Made by a program: the position numbers and the translations under genes. Below the pieces are notes generated by a model that saw nothing but the letters and a program-made list of their open reading frames with translations, was not told the origin of the DNA and made no database searches. From contig NC_135667.1 of NCBI RefSeq assembly GCF_964188315.1, positions 17,174,001 to 17,238,000 on the forward strand: a stretch of DNA of 64,000 nucleotides, read 5' to 3'. Shown in pieces: positions 37,447 to 48,768 of the stretch. Source of the stretch: Podarcis muralis (taxonomy: Eukaryota). Within the stretch, counting starts at the first letter, position 1, and each line of letters starts with the position of its first letter.

Positions 37447-37724
37447 CAGCGGCGTAGCGTGGGTTGTCAGCACCTGGGGCAAGGCAAGTAATTTGCGCCC
37501 CCTAACCCGTGGATTGTGCCCCCTAACCGCACGCCTGGCACCCCCCCCCCTCCACAGTGGGTGGCGACCCGGCGGCTCGGATCGGATTCGCACAGCCAGC
37601 ACTGCAGTGAGAGAGAGTGAGTGAGCCAGGTAGGGGCAGAGAGCTGCGAGTGCGAGCGCGCCCCCCCCCAGATGTTGCGCCCGGTGCGGCCGGCCCCCCC
37701 TGCACCCCCCACGCTACGCCACTG
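37447..37724. mobile_element. hAT-type MITE
   Basis: 8-bp TSD AGAAGGAG (37439-37446, 37725-37732); TIR CAG(C/T)GGCGTAGCGTGGG. Confidence 0.85.
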
Positions 37725-38049
37725 AGAAGGAGTGAGACTGGGATAAGAGAGAGGCGAAGCTGCAGGTAGTGAGTTAATTACCGGTAAGTCAGCAGTCATG
37801 GCCCAGGGACATCAAGTAGGTGCCTTCACTGCTCTTTTCAATGCCTGCTATAAGCATTGTTGTTCAGGCAAGCCGATCCAGACCTGTTGACATGTAAATT
37901 AAACTGGTTTTTAGCTTATCACGAACTTAAATTATGTTTGGATAGTTGTTTTGTTTGGTTGCCCCCCCCCCCCTTTTATTTATTTCGTTCTTCTTGTAAA
38001 CCAGCTTGAAATACTTTTTTTTTTTTTTTAACAATCAAGCCGTATACAA

Positions 38050-38308
38050 TTGTATTTTTTGCTCTATAAGACTCACTTTTTCCCTCCTAAAAAGTAAGGG
38101 GAAATGTGTGTGCATCTTATGGAGCGAATGCAGGCTGCGCAGCTATCCCAGAAACCAGAACAGCAAGAGGGATTGCTGCTTTCACTGCGCAGCGATCCCT
38201 CTTGCTGTTCTGGCTTCTGAGATTCAGAATTTTTTCCCCCTTGTTTTCCTCCTCCAAAAACTAGGTGCGTCTTGTGGTCTGGTGCGTCTTATAGAGCGAA
38301 AAATACGG
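38050..38308. mobile_element. pogo/Tigger-like MITE (TIR CCGTATTTTT), family E
   Basis: TIR ..GTATTTTTTGCTCTATAAG / CTTATAGAGCGAAAAATACGG-TA; sister copies 46084-46566 and 55628-55888. Confidence 0.8.
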
Positions 38309-38774
38309 TAATTAGCAAACCAATGGTAGCTTACCCCAAACAGAGCTGCAGTTCCCAGCACCCTTAACAAACTACAGTTCCAAGGATTCTTGGGGTGGGG
38401 GTGCAAGAATGCACTTTACGCATATGATTTGTACACAGCCTCAGAAGTGATTTGGGGTCTTCAAGGTTGCAGACATCACTCAGCCTTGAATCTGGAAGGA
38501 CGTGTATATGCTGAGATGACGGTTTCCAACCATCCCATTTCCTCTGACGATTTCTTAACTACGTTCTTCAGCAGCGCTTATGATCTACCTTGAGTTGTGA
38601 TGCCCTCAACAGCACAATGCCATGCATGTCAGTTGAGAGGTAAATCCCATTGTTTTTGATGGGGATTACTCCTTAGGTAAGTGTGTACAGTATAGGACTG
38701 CAGTCTCACTGTACAATTCTACAATGCATGTTAAAGGCATTGTAACGCAAGGTATAGGCAAATATAATCCAATA

Positions 38775-39330
38775 CAGGGGTACCTTGGTTCTCAGATGCC
38801 TTGTACTCAAACGCCTTGGTTCCCAAACGCCGAAAACCTGGAAGTAAGTGTTCCAGTTTTTGAACGTTTTTCGGAAGCCAAGTGTCCAATGCGGCTGTTG
38901 GCTATTGTTTCCTGGGCGCCTGCACCAATCAGAAGCTGTGTCTTGGTTTTTGATCTTTCGGAAGTCAAATGTACTTCCGGAACAGATTAGGCTTGGCACT
39001 TTTGTTTTTGCTATTTATTTTGGAGGCTTTTGCAGTTAATTTGTTTTTGTGACTATCATCAGTGCAGGTAAAAAAAAATTTTATTTTTTTTTATCATCTA
39101 CAATACTATCTTATTTATTTTATAGTACAGTACATTGATTATTGCTTTCATTTTATGGATCAACAGTCTCGTTAGATAGTAAAATTCACGTTAAATGGTT
39201 TTTAAAAGTCTGGAACGGATGAATCCATTTTGCATTACTTTCTATGGAAAAGCGCGCCTTGGTTTTAGATCGCCTTGGTTTTGGAACGGACTTCCGGAAC
39301 GGATTAAGTTTGAGAACCAAGGTACCACTG
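38775..39330. mobile_element. Tc1/mariner MITE, family B
   Basis: TA TSD, TIR CAG(T/G)GGTACCTTGGTTCTCA; sister copy 63003-63636. Confidence 0.85.
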
Positions 39331-41167
39331 TATCTGAGTAAACCTTGTTCCCTGCAGTCTCACCTGAGCTAGCACCCCCACCTCACCCCAACTAGAGAAA
39401 GAAAAACAAAATATGTCTTTCTTTACTAACAACCAATAAATTCCTTACAGGGATTAATTTCAACCTGGTGCCTGGTAGTGGCTATGATTTTCCTTAAGGT
39501 GGGGGGGGGGAGAGGTGGAGAGGGAAAGGGGTGGAGTTCTTAAGCATCTTTATCAGTCTCTGTTCTGGGTACCAATCTCAAAGCAGGCAGTCCTCGGACA
39601 AGAGGGAGAAGAAATAGATGCAGTTGGGAACAAAAGGAGCTTGTTGGGAGCAGTCTTGGGGTGGTGGATGGAAGGACAGATAAACAGACAGGCATTCAGG
39701 GAGTCAGAGAGAAGATTGCCAAGCGCCGATGTCTTTACGTGGAACTCCGCTTCTCAGATCTCTTCGTCTAAGGACAGGTATGTGGAATTAGGAGCAGATC
39801 TGGAAGGTACTTCATTTAAATTGGGGCAACCGCTACTTATTCCGTTCATATGTGTACATATGTTGTCGAAAACTGTGTGAAGACTCGATCTGCCAAGAAG
39901 GGGGGGGGTGTTGATGGGGGAGGGGGGAAAGAGGGTGCCAAATCTACCCCAAGCCAAAAAAAAAAAAAAAAAAAAAAACACTTCCCAGGACTTGAAGTCA
40001 GGACTGAAATCCCTTGAGGACTATTTTGTATCATTCCTTCTATTTCCAATATTCAGGATGTGAGGACGAATCCTTATGCAGCCCAAATGGCACAAGAGAG
40101 AGGTACCAACAGGCTTAGGGGGACCCAACATTTAAAAACATGCAATTGTTTTTAATGAAAAAGGTCTATTGGGGTGAACCCACCCAAATTGCCCAGTGAG
40201 GACTGTGTGTGTTCAGAGGCAAGGAATGCTGGCAGGCTGTTAGGTGAGGGTCAGAGGGAAACTGAACAAAGCAGTTGGCATCCTGAACGCTGCCCTCCGT
40301 CGCCACTTTTTGTTGCAGGTCCCATTTGTGTTTTGCTAATCTAGAAATTAACGGTCACTTTTAAACCCTCAGCCAAAATAGGTTCCTAGTCCTTTCCTGG
40401 TTCCTTAAGGTGCAGATACAGCCTGAATAAGGACCTAGGGTCTGAACAGCTCTATACCCAGAATAAATTCTGCACCATCTGAAATCACACGTCCAGCGGT
40501 ACATTTGCAGACTACTTGCAAGTAAGGAAGCAATGCTATGCACAAGAAGCTGGTGTAAGTCAAGGCAGTGCTGAGTTTAGCCAGGGTAGAGCCAAACCCT
40601 GTTCAATTGAATCTTTGTTTTGCCGTTCACGTGAGAGAGATGGAAGAGATGAATATACCTTTAAGGTTTTTCTTATAGCTTCGTTAACTATGAACCCCAA
40701 AATTTGGGATCCAGCAGTGTTGCATTTTTGAGCTTTAACTATGAATCCCAGTTTGATGTATCTGTTTAGGGCGTTCTGCAAAACACTGGTCACAGCTTTG
40801 CAAAGCTTTGGCACAGGTTTGGAGGGGATCCCAAATTTTGGGGTTCGTAGTTCATGAAACTCTTCTAGCTTAGTGATTGGAAGGAGATGGGGAGAGAAAG
40901 GAGTGACATTTTAGGTGATCCTGTCTTGACTTCATGCTTCCAGAAGAGGTCTCTCTTGTTTCTATTTCAAATTTCACTAGGGATAAGGAAGGACAACAGA
41001 GATTTGCAGTGAAGAAGACAGCGATGGATGGGTTTAGCAAGAGGTGTTGCAACTCACCTTACTGGGGGGGGGGGACATGCCATGACTACGCTCCTCTAAT
41101 GGGGGCTCTCTTCTCCCACCTCTCCAGGCCCAATCAGAGCTTCCTTCGCAGGTGCAGGCTACCATAG

Positions 41168-41422
<255 letters not shown>

Positions 41423-42264
41423 TAGGACATTTGAAGGACATAAGAGGAGCCCTGATGGATCAGGCCAGTGGTCCATGCTGTTGTCACCATGCATGGCCAA
41501 CCAGAGGCCTGTGGGAAGCCTGTGAGCAGCACTGGAGCACCAAAACACTCTCCCCTCTCATGGTTTCCAGCCACAGATATTCAGAAGCATTGCTGCTTCT
41601 GAACTCAAACAGCTACCATCCCTGTTCTCCCCATCCCCACCTCACCCCCATGCTTCTGACTCTAGAGTTTATTTGGGAGAAGGGAAGAGAAGTCTTGGGC
41701 AAGATGCCCTGAGTGGTCCATCTCCTCTTTGCTAATGTTCCTTCTGCCCGTTGACTTGCCCTCCCCCTCAGGGCTCAATACATATAACCACCCAGAGGGC
41801 AAGTGAAGGATTCCGCTCTGTCTTCTCACTCTGTCACTTCCCGCATGCTCAGAGAGGGCAGGGGAACAGGCAGTGATAGCACAGCAAAGGAGGGAGGGAG
41901 GGAGGGAGGGAGGGAGGGAGGGAGAGGTGCAGAGCCTGGAGGTTTGGGGAAAGGAAGGGCAACAGCGATGGGGGCCTTGGCAAATGCCTGGCGTTGCCTA
42001 TCTGCCTCTGACAATGGCTCTGCTCTCCCCCCACAAAATGCCAAACTGGTGCCTATAAGCAGATTCAGAGGGCTGTTGTGGGAAAATATCAGATCTTTTG
42101 GGTGATAAGCACTGGATTGCTCAGTTGGTTAAAGCATGGTGCTGATAACACCCAGGTTGCAGGCTTGATCCCCGTGAGGGACAGCTACATATTCCTGCAT
42201 TGCAAAGGGTTGGTTTTTTTTAGGAAGGAAAGCCCCTTCCAACTCCATGATTCTAGGAATAGGT

Positions 42265-42280
42265 AGTAGTAGTAGTAGTA

Positions 42281-42315
<35 letters not shown>
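42265..42315. repeat. (TAG)n(TAA)n microsatellite at a SINE tail
   Basis: Directly visible. Confidence 0.9.
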
Positions 42316-42316
<1 letters not shown>

Positions 42317-42429
42317 CATCCCTGAGATGGAGGCATGCTTACAAACTGTGCTGTAAGGCATGGTGAGAAACTCTGATGTACCCAGTGCTTTTTTGGGGGG
42401 GCGCACAGGGGTACGCATACCCCTAAACA

Positions 42430-42769
42430 TAACCACAGAGCCTAGGGCTTGCCGATCAGAAGGTCAGTGGTTCGAATCCCCGTGACGGGGTGAGCTCCCG
42501 TTGCTCTGTCCCTGCTCCTGCCAACCTAGCAGTTCGAAAGCACGTCAAAGTGCAAGTAGATAAATAGGTACCGCTCCAGCGGGAAGGTAAACGGCATTTC
42601 CGTGCGCTGCTCTGGTTTCGCCAGAAGCAGCTTAGTTATGTTGGCCACATGACCTGGAAAAACTGTCTGCGGACAAACGTCGGCTCCCTCGGCCAGTAAA
42701 GCGAGATGAGCGCCACAACCCCAGAGTCGTTTGCAACTGGACTTAACTGTCAAGGGTCCTTTACCTTTA
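42430..42769 (+). mobile_element. Sauria SINE (5'-clipped) in the C19orf85 intron
   Basis: Identity to other copies; sits inside a small CAGTGC..GCGCTG-ended element (TACCCCTAAACAT duplicated). Confidence 0.85.
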
Positions 42770-42942
42770 AGTTTGGCCTCATTGAGGGGCAGTATTTCAA
42801 TATGAGTAGGAAAATGAGAGTACCCCTAAACATTTTTTTTAAGGGGAAAAAAAGGCGCTGGGTGTATCCCATAGTGCACTGCTTCAGGTAAACCCATTGC
42901 AGCCTGCAAGAAAACTCACAGCCTTTTCTTTTCTCCTTCCAG

Positions 42943-43456
42943 GAGTTTCTCAGACATTGAGGCTGCTACTCGCCGCTTGGCCTCCTCCATCCTTTCCCAA
43001 GAGGCTCAGACACCCCCTGCAGCATCTCAGCAAATGAATCCCCCCAAGCCCAACAACCCAGCCCCCACCCGGGCTCCTCCTGGCTCCTTTTTGGGCACAG
43101 CAGAAGCGTTTGTGGCTCCCGACCCCAGCCCCAGCTGGGCGCTCTCCCTTGACGCCCTGATGTCAGGACCAGATGAACTTTTCGAGCCCATCACTGAGGA
43201 GATGGAGCCGGCAAGCAACACCTTGTCTCTGTGTGGCCCCGATCCCTTAGAGTCGTGCCTGCTGGGATGTAATAATGCGCCACCCGGCCTGCCGTCCAAC
43301 GGAGAAGGTTCTGCAGCCTGTGGAGCTTGCCTAGTAGCTGCAGACCAGTGCTTTCCGGGGGCATCTCAATGCCCCATCCCTGCCTCCAACCCAGGGGCTC
43401 TGGTGGTTTCTGACTATGACACCTGCGTGCCCTTCTGGGAGCTGGAAACATGGTGA
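42943..43456 (+). CDS. C19orf85: C19orf85 orthologue, coding exon 2
   Basis: Strong TTTTCTTTTCTCCTTCCAG acceptor; SFSDIEAATRRLASSILSQEA matches human [21 protein letters not shown]; joined CDS 714 nt (237 aa). Confidence 0.88.
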
Positions 43457-44066
43457 CTTGACCTCCAGCTTTAACATCCATCTCAATGTCCTGTTTGGTC
43501 CAAGGTGGAGGGTTCATACACACGTTTGTGTTCATTTATCCTCATCTGTGCATTCGTTTTGCCTAATGGACACCTGTTTGCAAGCCAGTTCCCCCAGTGC
43601 CATGTATCCTTGTACATCATATTCCTTAATATTTGCATTTTTGTATGCACCTTTTCCAAAGAAGCCTTCAACATCTCTGTGCTGCGCTGTCCATTTAATG
43701 TTCCATAGAGTGAGTTGGGAAACTGGAAAAGTCTAGAGGAAACATTTCTTCCTTTCTCTCCTCTCAGCCATTCTTTCCCTTTTGAACCCTCTCCTTTCCT
43801 TCCTCTCAGGTAATCTACTGTACTCAATAGTTCTGAAAGAGGAACGAAGCAACTTAATTAAATCATTTGTTGGCTTTATATATTCATCTCCAAGTATTTT
43901 CTTCTTATGCTCAAGGTATGTAAATGTAAACTATGCTTGGCTGTTTAACTGATTCAACTGAAGAGCAGAAAGTTAATTATTGCTCTGCCTAAAATTGCTA
44001 ATAATGTCCCTCTCTGAATTTTGTGCACCTGATTCAATGATGTGACTATTAAATGTTTGTTTCTTA

Positions 44067-44080
44067 CTGCCACCTAGTGG
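44067..44080 (-). promoter_or_regulatory. Candidate CTCF site
   Basis: Reverse complement CCACTAGGTGGCAG is a near-perfect CTCF core; motif only. Confidence 0.5.
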
Positions 44081-44417
44081 ACTGTTCTATTATTATCCAT
44101 ATCTTGCGCGTCATGTATTCCCCACATTTAATCCCTTTAAGTGAGGACCAGGGCCATGTGGCATGTCATTGTGCCACGAGAGAGACAGCCCCATCATGGC
44201 ATCTGCTGCTGGGGCCTCCTAATGATGTTGGACTACAACTCCCATCATCCCTGAGTGTTGACTGCTGGCTGTGGCCAATGGGAATTGTAGTCCAACATCA
44301 TCTGGTGAGCCACAGGTTCCCCAGTCCTGTATTTCAGGTAACACCCCAGGCCCTAGGCTTTCATGGCTTCTAGAGCAAGTTAGTGGCTTTGCAAGGAAAG
44401 TTTTGTGTGAGCGTGTG

Positions 44418-44668
44418 NNNNNNNNNNNNNNNNNNNNNNNNNNNNNNNNNNNNNNNNNNNNNNNNNNNNNNNNNNNNNNNNNNNNNNNNNNNNNNNNNNN
44501 NNNNNNNNNNNNNNNNNNNNNNNNNNNNNNNNNNNNNNNNNNNNNNNNNNNNNNNNNNNNNNNNNNNNNNNNNNNNNNNNNNNNNNNNNNNNNNNNNNNN
44601 NNNNNNNNNNNNNNNNNNNNNNNNNNNNNNNNNNNNNNNNNNNNNNNNNNNNNNNNNNNNNNNNNNNN
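44418..44668. other. Assembly gap (251 N)
   Basis: Run of N next to a TG-rich stretch. Confidence 1.
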
Positions 44669-44804
44669 TTCGGTAAGATTTCTGTGTCCCTGCATAGCAC
44701 AGATGCTAAAGTTGCAAAGCATTCATGTTTATCTACAACAACTCTGCAAAGGTACATGAGGCTGAGAGGGAGAAATTCCCTCACTGCCACCATTTCAAAA
44801 GAGT

Positions 44805-44897
44805 TGTTGTTGTTTAGTCGTTTAGTCGTGTCCGACTCTTCGTGACCCCATGGACCAGAGCACGCCAGGCACTTCTGTCTTCCACTGCCTCCCGCAG
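44805..44897 (-). mobile_element. BovB 3' end (short truncated insertion)
   Basis: Matches 4563-4660; TSD TTTCAAAAGAGT on both sides. Confidence 0.82.
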
Positions 44898-44998
44898 TTT
44901 CAAAAGAGTAGAACCCAGGAATTTCATAAATATTCACATCCTGGCTGTGATATCACACCGTGGTTTCAGTATACCAGCTGCTGCTATGTTTATTATAA

Positions 44999-45346
44999 AA
45001 AGGTAAAGGAATCCCTGACCGTTAGGTCCAGTCGCGAACGACTATGGGGTTGGGGCGCTCATCTTGCTTTATTGGCCGAGGGAGCCGGCATACAGCTTCC
45101 GGGTCATGTGGCCAGCATGACTAAGCTGCTTCTGGCGAACCAGAGCAGCGCACGGAAACGCCGTTTTCCTTCCTGCCAGAGAGGTACCTGTTTATCTACT
45201 TGCACTGGCGTGCTTTCGAACTGCTAGGTTGGCAGGAGCTGGGACAGGGCTACAGGAGCTCACCCTGACCCCGTCACAGGGATTCAAACCACTGACCTTC
45301 TGATCAGCAAGCCCTAGGCTCTGTGGTTTAGACCACAGCACCACCC
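44999..45346 (-). mobile_element. Sauria SINE
   Basis: Reverse complement of the other copies. Confidence 0.88.
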
Positions 45347-45778
45347 TATGTTTATTATACAAGTGGGCAATTTAAAAATCTGGGAGAATGGAAATAAAAC
45401 TAAGCTGAACTCCCATTTCCTCAAAGCACGCAAGTTTTATCCCATAAATAAATTTTCTTGTGACTTAAAGTGTAACTCTCCAAGAAGACCCCTTGATGTG
45501 AGTTATGTACATTTGTTGCATGCACAGGTTAAACAAGGTGTGATCCTGTGTAGTTTTGTAACGCTATCTTTTGCTTGTTTTTTATGGTTGCTATGGCTTT
45601 TTTAAAAAGCATTCCTTCAGAGGAGGCAAAGGACTGCTTTTTTTAATAAAAAAAATCCATTTTATTTGAAATGGAATGCAAATGCATTAATTTCACTCGT
45701 TAGAAAATTATATGAGGACCATGAAGGGGGATTAAGGCATTACCACAAGTAACAAAACATAGAAATGTCACTAGGCTG

Positions 45779-45914
45779 CAGTGTTTCCCAACCTTGGGTC
45801 TCCAGCTGTTTGAGGACTACAATTCCCATCATTCCTGACCACTAGTGTTGCTAGCTAGGGATGATGGGAGTTGTAGTCCAAAAACAGCTGGCGACTCAAG
45901 GTTGGGAAACACTG
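45779..45914. mobile_element. Palindromic hAT-like MITE carrying ACTACAATTCCCA motifs
   Basis: TIR CAGTGTTTCCCAACCTTG; internal inverted GACTACAA(T/C)TCCCATCA. Related copies at ~365-490, 10043-10175, 10962-11108, 44205-44330. Confidence 0.7.
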
Positions 45915-46083
45915 GTCTAAACAACATAGAGTCTTCCAATATGCTGCTGGACTACAACTCCCATCCTCCTTGGTTGGCCATTGACCATGCTGGCTGGGGC
46001 TGATGGGAACAGGAACCCAAAAACATCTGGCAAGAACTGTGCCCTAAAGTGTACTTTATGAGACTGTAAGGGCAAGAGATGCA

Positions 46084-46566
46084 CCGTATTTTTCGCCCTA
46101 TAGGACGCACTTTCCCCCCTCCAAAAATGAAGGGGAAATGTGTATGTGTCCTATGGGGTGAATGCAGGCTTTCGCTGAAGCCTGGAGAGTGAGGGGGGTC
46201 GGTGCGCACCGACCCCTCTCGCTCTCCAGGCTTCAGGAAGCTATCCGCTAGCCGTGGGAGACGCAGCTCTCCCACGGCTAGCGGAGAGCTTGCCGGCACC
46301 CAGAAGCTTGTGGCGCGCTGAGCTCAGCACGCCCCAAGCTTCGGGCTTCGCGCAGCCCTCCGCTAGCCATGGGAGCGCCGCGTGACTTCGTGACTCCCAC
46401 GGCTTGCGGATAGCAGCCTGTTCTGGGGGCTGGGGTCGGGGGAAGCTTGGGCTTCCCCCGCCCCAGCCCCGCACCTGGGGGGGGAATAATTTTTTTTCTT
46501 TATCCCCCAACAAAAAAACTAGGTGCATCCTATGGGCCGGTGCGTCCTATGGAGCGAAAAATACGG
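46084..46566. mobile_element. pogo/Tigger-like MITE, family E (long form)
   Basis: TIR CCGTATTTTTCGC; internal GC-rich palindromes. Confidence 0.8.
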
Positions 46567-46667
46567 TATTGAGATGTATGGAGCATGCCAAAATTGCCAA
46601 TTTGCAGAAGGATTTAATGATATTAGAGGCTAACTTAAAATTGGATTAATAACAGAGGTTTCAGGTA

Positions 46668-46893
46668 CAGTGGTATCTCAGGTTAAGTACTTAATTTGTT
46701 CCGGAGGTCCGTACTTAACCAGAAACTGTTCTTAATCTGAGGTACCACTTTAGCTAATGGGGCCTCCTGCTGCTGCCGCGCCGCTGGAGCACGATTTCTG
46801 TTCTCATCCTGAAGCAAAGTTCTTAACCTGAAGCACTATTTCTGGGTTAGCAGAGTCTGTAACCTGAAGCGTATGTAATCCGAGGTACCACTG
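46668..46893. mobile_element. Tc1/mariner MITE, family A
   Basis: TA TSD and TIRs as at 15410. Confidence 0.85.
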
Positions 46894-47413
46894 TAATGCT
46901 TATCTGTATTCTGATTTCTGTTTTTTTTTTAATTTTAATTTTTTTAAATGCAGCATCATAATCCTGCAGTTCTGAATAAATATTCTGCTCTTCGTTCATT
47001 TACCATTCATCCATGGGCAGAGGCACTGGCCTCTATAGCCATTTAGTGCCCTCTATGTTCCATATACTTCAGCATATTATATATGCTATCCCCTTTCAAA
47101 TATAAAATAAATAGCAAACAATGGGATGATGTGGGAAGGGGGGAAGTTGGAAGAGAAAATAACTTTTAATAAAAACATTTCTCATGTTCCAGTGCTAGAC
47201 AATAGAAACCAATCAAATCAATAGTGTCTTATGGGGAACTAATGGGTCACCTTTAAAATGTTGTGGGTTCCTTAGTGGCCCAGGTCTTAAGCATCACAAT
47301 AAAGAAAAGAAAAGGGGAAAGGACAATTATGTTTTATAAACTTTCTATGTCCTAAAACTGAGGGCCTTTCTGTGCGAGGCAACTTCTCTCTGGGCCCAAA
47401 GTGAATGAATGAA

Positions 47414-47868
47414 TGTGTTACTTGGCCCAACTCGAAGCGCTTTTGCCCAACAACGGCCGCTCCGGAGACGCCGGGTCCCCCACCAGCGGGGCGCAGACCC
47501 CCCCGAAATTGGCCCGGCGCGTTTCTCGGGCCCCCGATCGCCGCGAGAAGTTTTTAATTTAGCCGAAAAAGGCCCAGATTTCCCGGCGCCAGGCGCGCCG
47601 AGCGGGACTCGGCCGCGCTTCTGCCTGGTTTCCCCCGGCGCGCCGCCTCCCCGGCCCGCGAGGCGGCCGGGCTCGGAGAGAGAGGCTCCCGCGGGTCCCT
47701 TTCGCCCGGGACCCGGCGCGCTGCGAGGCGGCGAGGCGGCGATTTGGGCCGTTTTGGGGCACTCAAGAAACACAAAGTTGCAGCGGGGACAGGAGCCATG
47801 TCTGGCTGCGGAGGAGAGCGCGGGGTCTGCGAGCGCACCAATCAGCGCGCAGCTCCGCCCCTATAAAT
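47414..47868 (+). promoter_or_regulatory. Histone H1 promoter (TG box, H1/AC box, GC box, CCAAT, TATA)
   Basis: TGTGTTA 47414-47420, AAACACA 47768-47774, CCAAT 47838-47842, TATAAAT 47862-47868. Confidence 0.88.
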
Positions 47869-47996
47869 AGCAGGCAGCTCCGGGGCCGCACTTCAGACTT
47901 TACTTTTCGGTTCCGAGAGGTTCTAGCCCGCAGCCCGCCGCCTTCTCCTCCTTCAGCATCAGCCCCAGCGGAAAGCCGTCGCGAGCCGAGGCGACC

Positions 47997-48686
47997 ATGT
48001 CGGAGACTGCTCCCGAAGCGCCCGTGGCCGCGGCGCCGGCCGCCAAGGCGCCGGCCAAGAAAGCCAAGAAGCCGGCGGGAGCCGCCAAGGCGCCGCGCAA
48101 GGCGTCGGGTCCCAGCGTGACGGAGCTGCTGACCAAGGCGGTGGCCGCGTCCAAGGAGCGCAACGGGGTGTCCCTGGCGGCGCTCAAGAAGGCGCTGGCG
48201 GCCGCCGGCTACGACGTGGACAAGAACAACAGCCGCATCAAGCTGGGCCTCAAGAGCCTCGTCAGCAAAGGCACCTTGGTGCAGACCAAAGGCACGGGCG
48301 CCTCGGGCTCCTTCAAGCTCAACAAGAAGCAGCTGCACGACACGGCCAGGGACAAGGCGGCGGCGGCCGGGGCCAAGAAGAAGCCGGCCGCCGGGCGCAC
48401 CAAGAAGGCGACGCCCAAGAAGCCCGCCTCCGGCTCGGCCAAGAAGCCCAAGAAGCCGGCCGCCAAGAAGAGCCCCAAGAAGGCGGCCGCGGCCAAGAAG
48501 CCGGCGGCGGGCGCCAAGAAAGCGGCGGCCAAGAGCCCCAAGAAGGCCAAAGCTGCCAAGCCCAAGAAGGCAGCGCCCAAGAGCCCCGCTAAGGCCAAGG
48601 CCGTCAAGGCTAAGGCCAAAGCCAAGCCCAAGACGCCCAAGGCCAGAGTGGCCAAGCCCAAGAAGGCGGCGCCCAAGAAGAAGTGA
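47997..48686 (+). CDS. H1: Replication-dependent linker histone H1 (229 aa)
   Basis: SETAP N-terminus, globular domain [12 protein letters not shown]...[13 protein letters not shown], Lys/Ala/Pro tail with SPKK motifs; stem-loop downstream. Confidence 0.98.
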   Translation: MSETAPEAPVAAAPAAKAPAKKAKKPAGAAKAPRKASGPSVTELLTKAVAASKERNGVSLAALKKALAAAGYDVDKNNSRIKLGLKSLVSKGTLVQTKGTGASGSFKLNKKQLHDTARDKAAAAGAKKKPAAGRTKKATPKKPASGSAKKPKKPAAKKSPKKAAAAKKPAAGAKKAAAKSPKKAKAAKPKKAAPKSPAKAKAVKAKAKAKPKTPKARVAKPKKAAPKKK

Positions 48687-48724
48687 AGAGGCCACGCCAC
48701 GCCCGCAGCCCTCGCCATCCCAAA

Positions 48725-48768
48725 GGCTCTTTTAAGAGCCACCCACTTTCTCACCCGGAAAGAGCTGA
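48725..48768 (+). terminator. Histone 3' stem-loop and HDE (H1 copy 1)
   Basis: GGCTCT-TTTA-AGAGCC-ACCCA then AAAGAGCTG. Confidence 0.95.

Noticed and set aside
39754-39897. Minus-strand candidate terminal exon ending STYLSLDEEI (ITIM-like)
   Set aside because: No phase-compatible upstream exons or TM/Ig exon found; region is better explained as the 5' end of C19orf85 on the plus strand.
44219-44937. ORFs spanning the N run
   Set aside because: Artefacts of the assembly gap.
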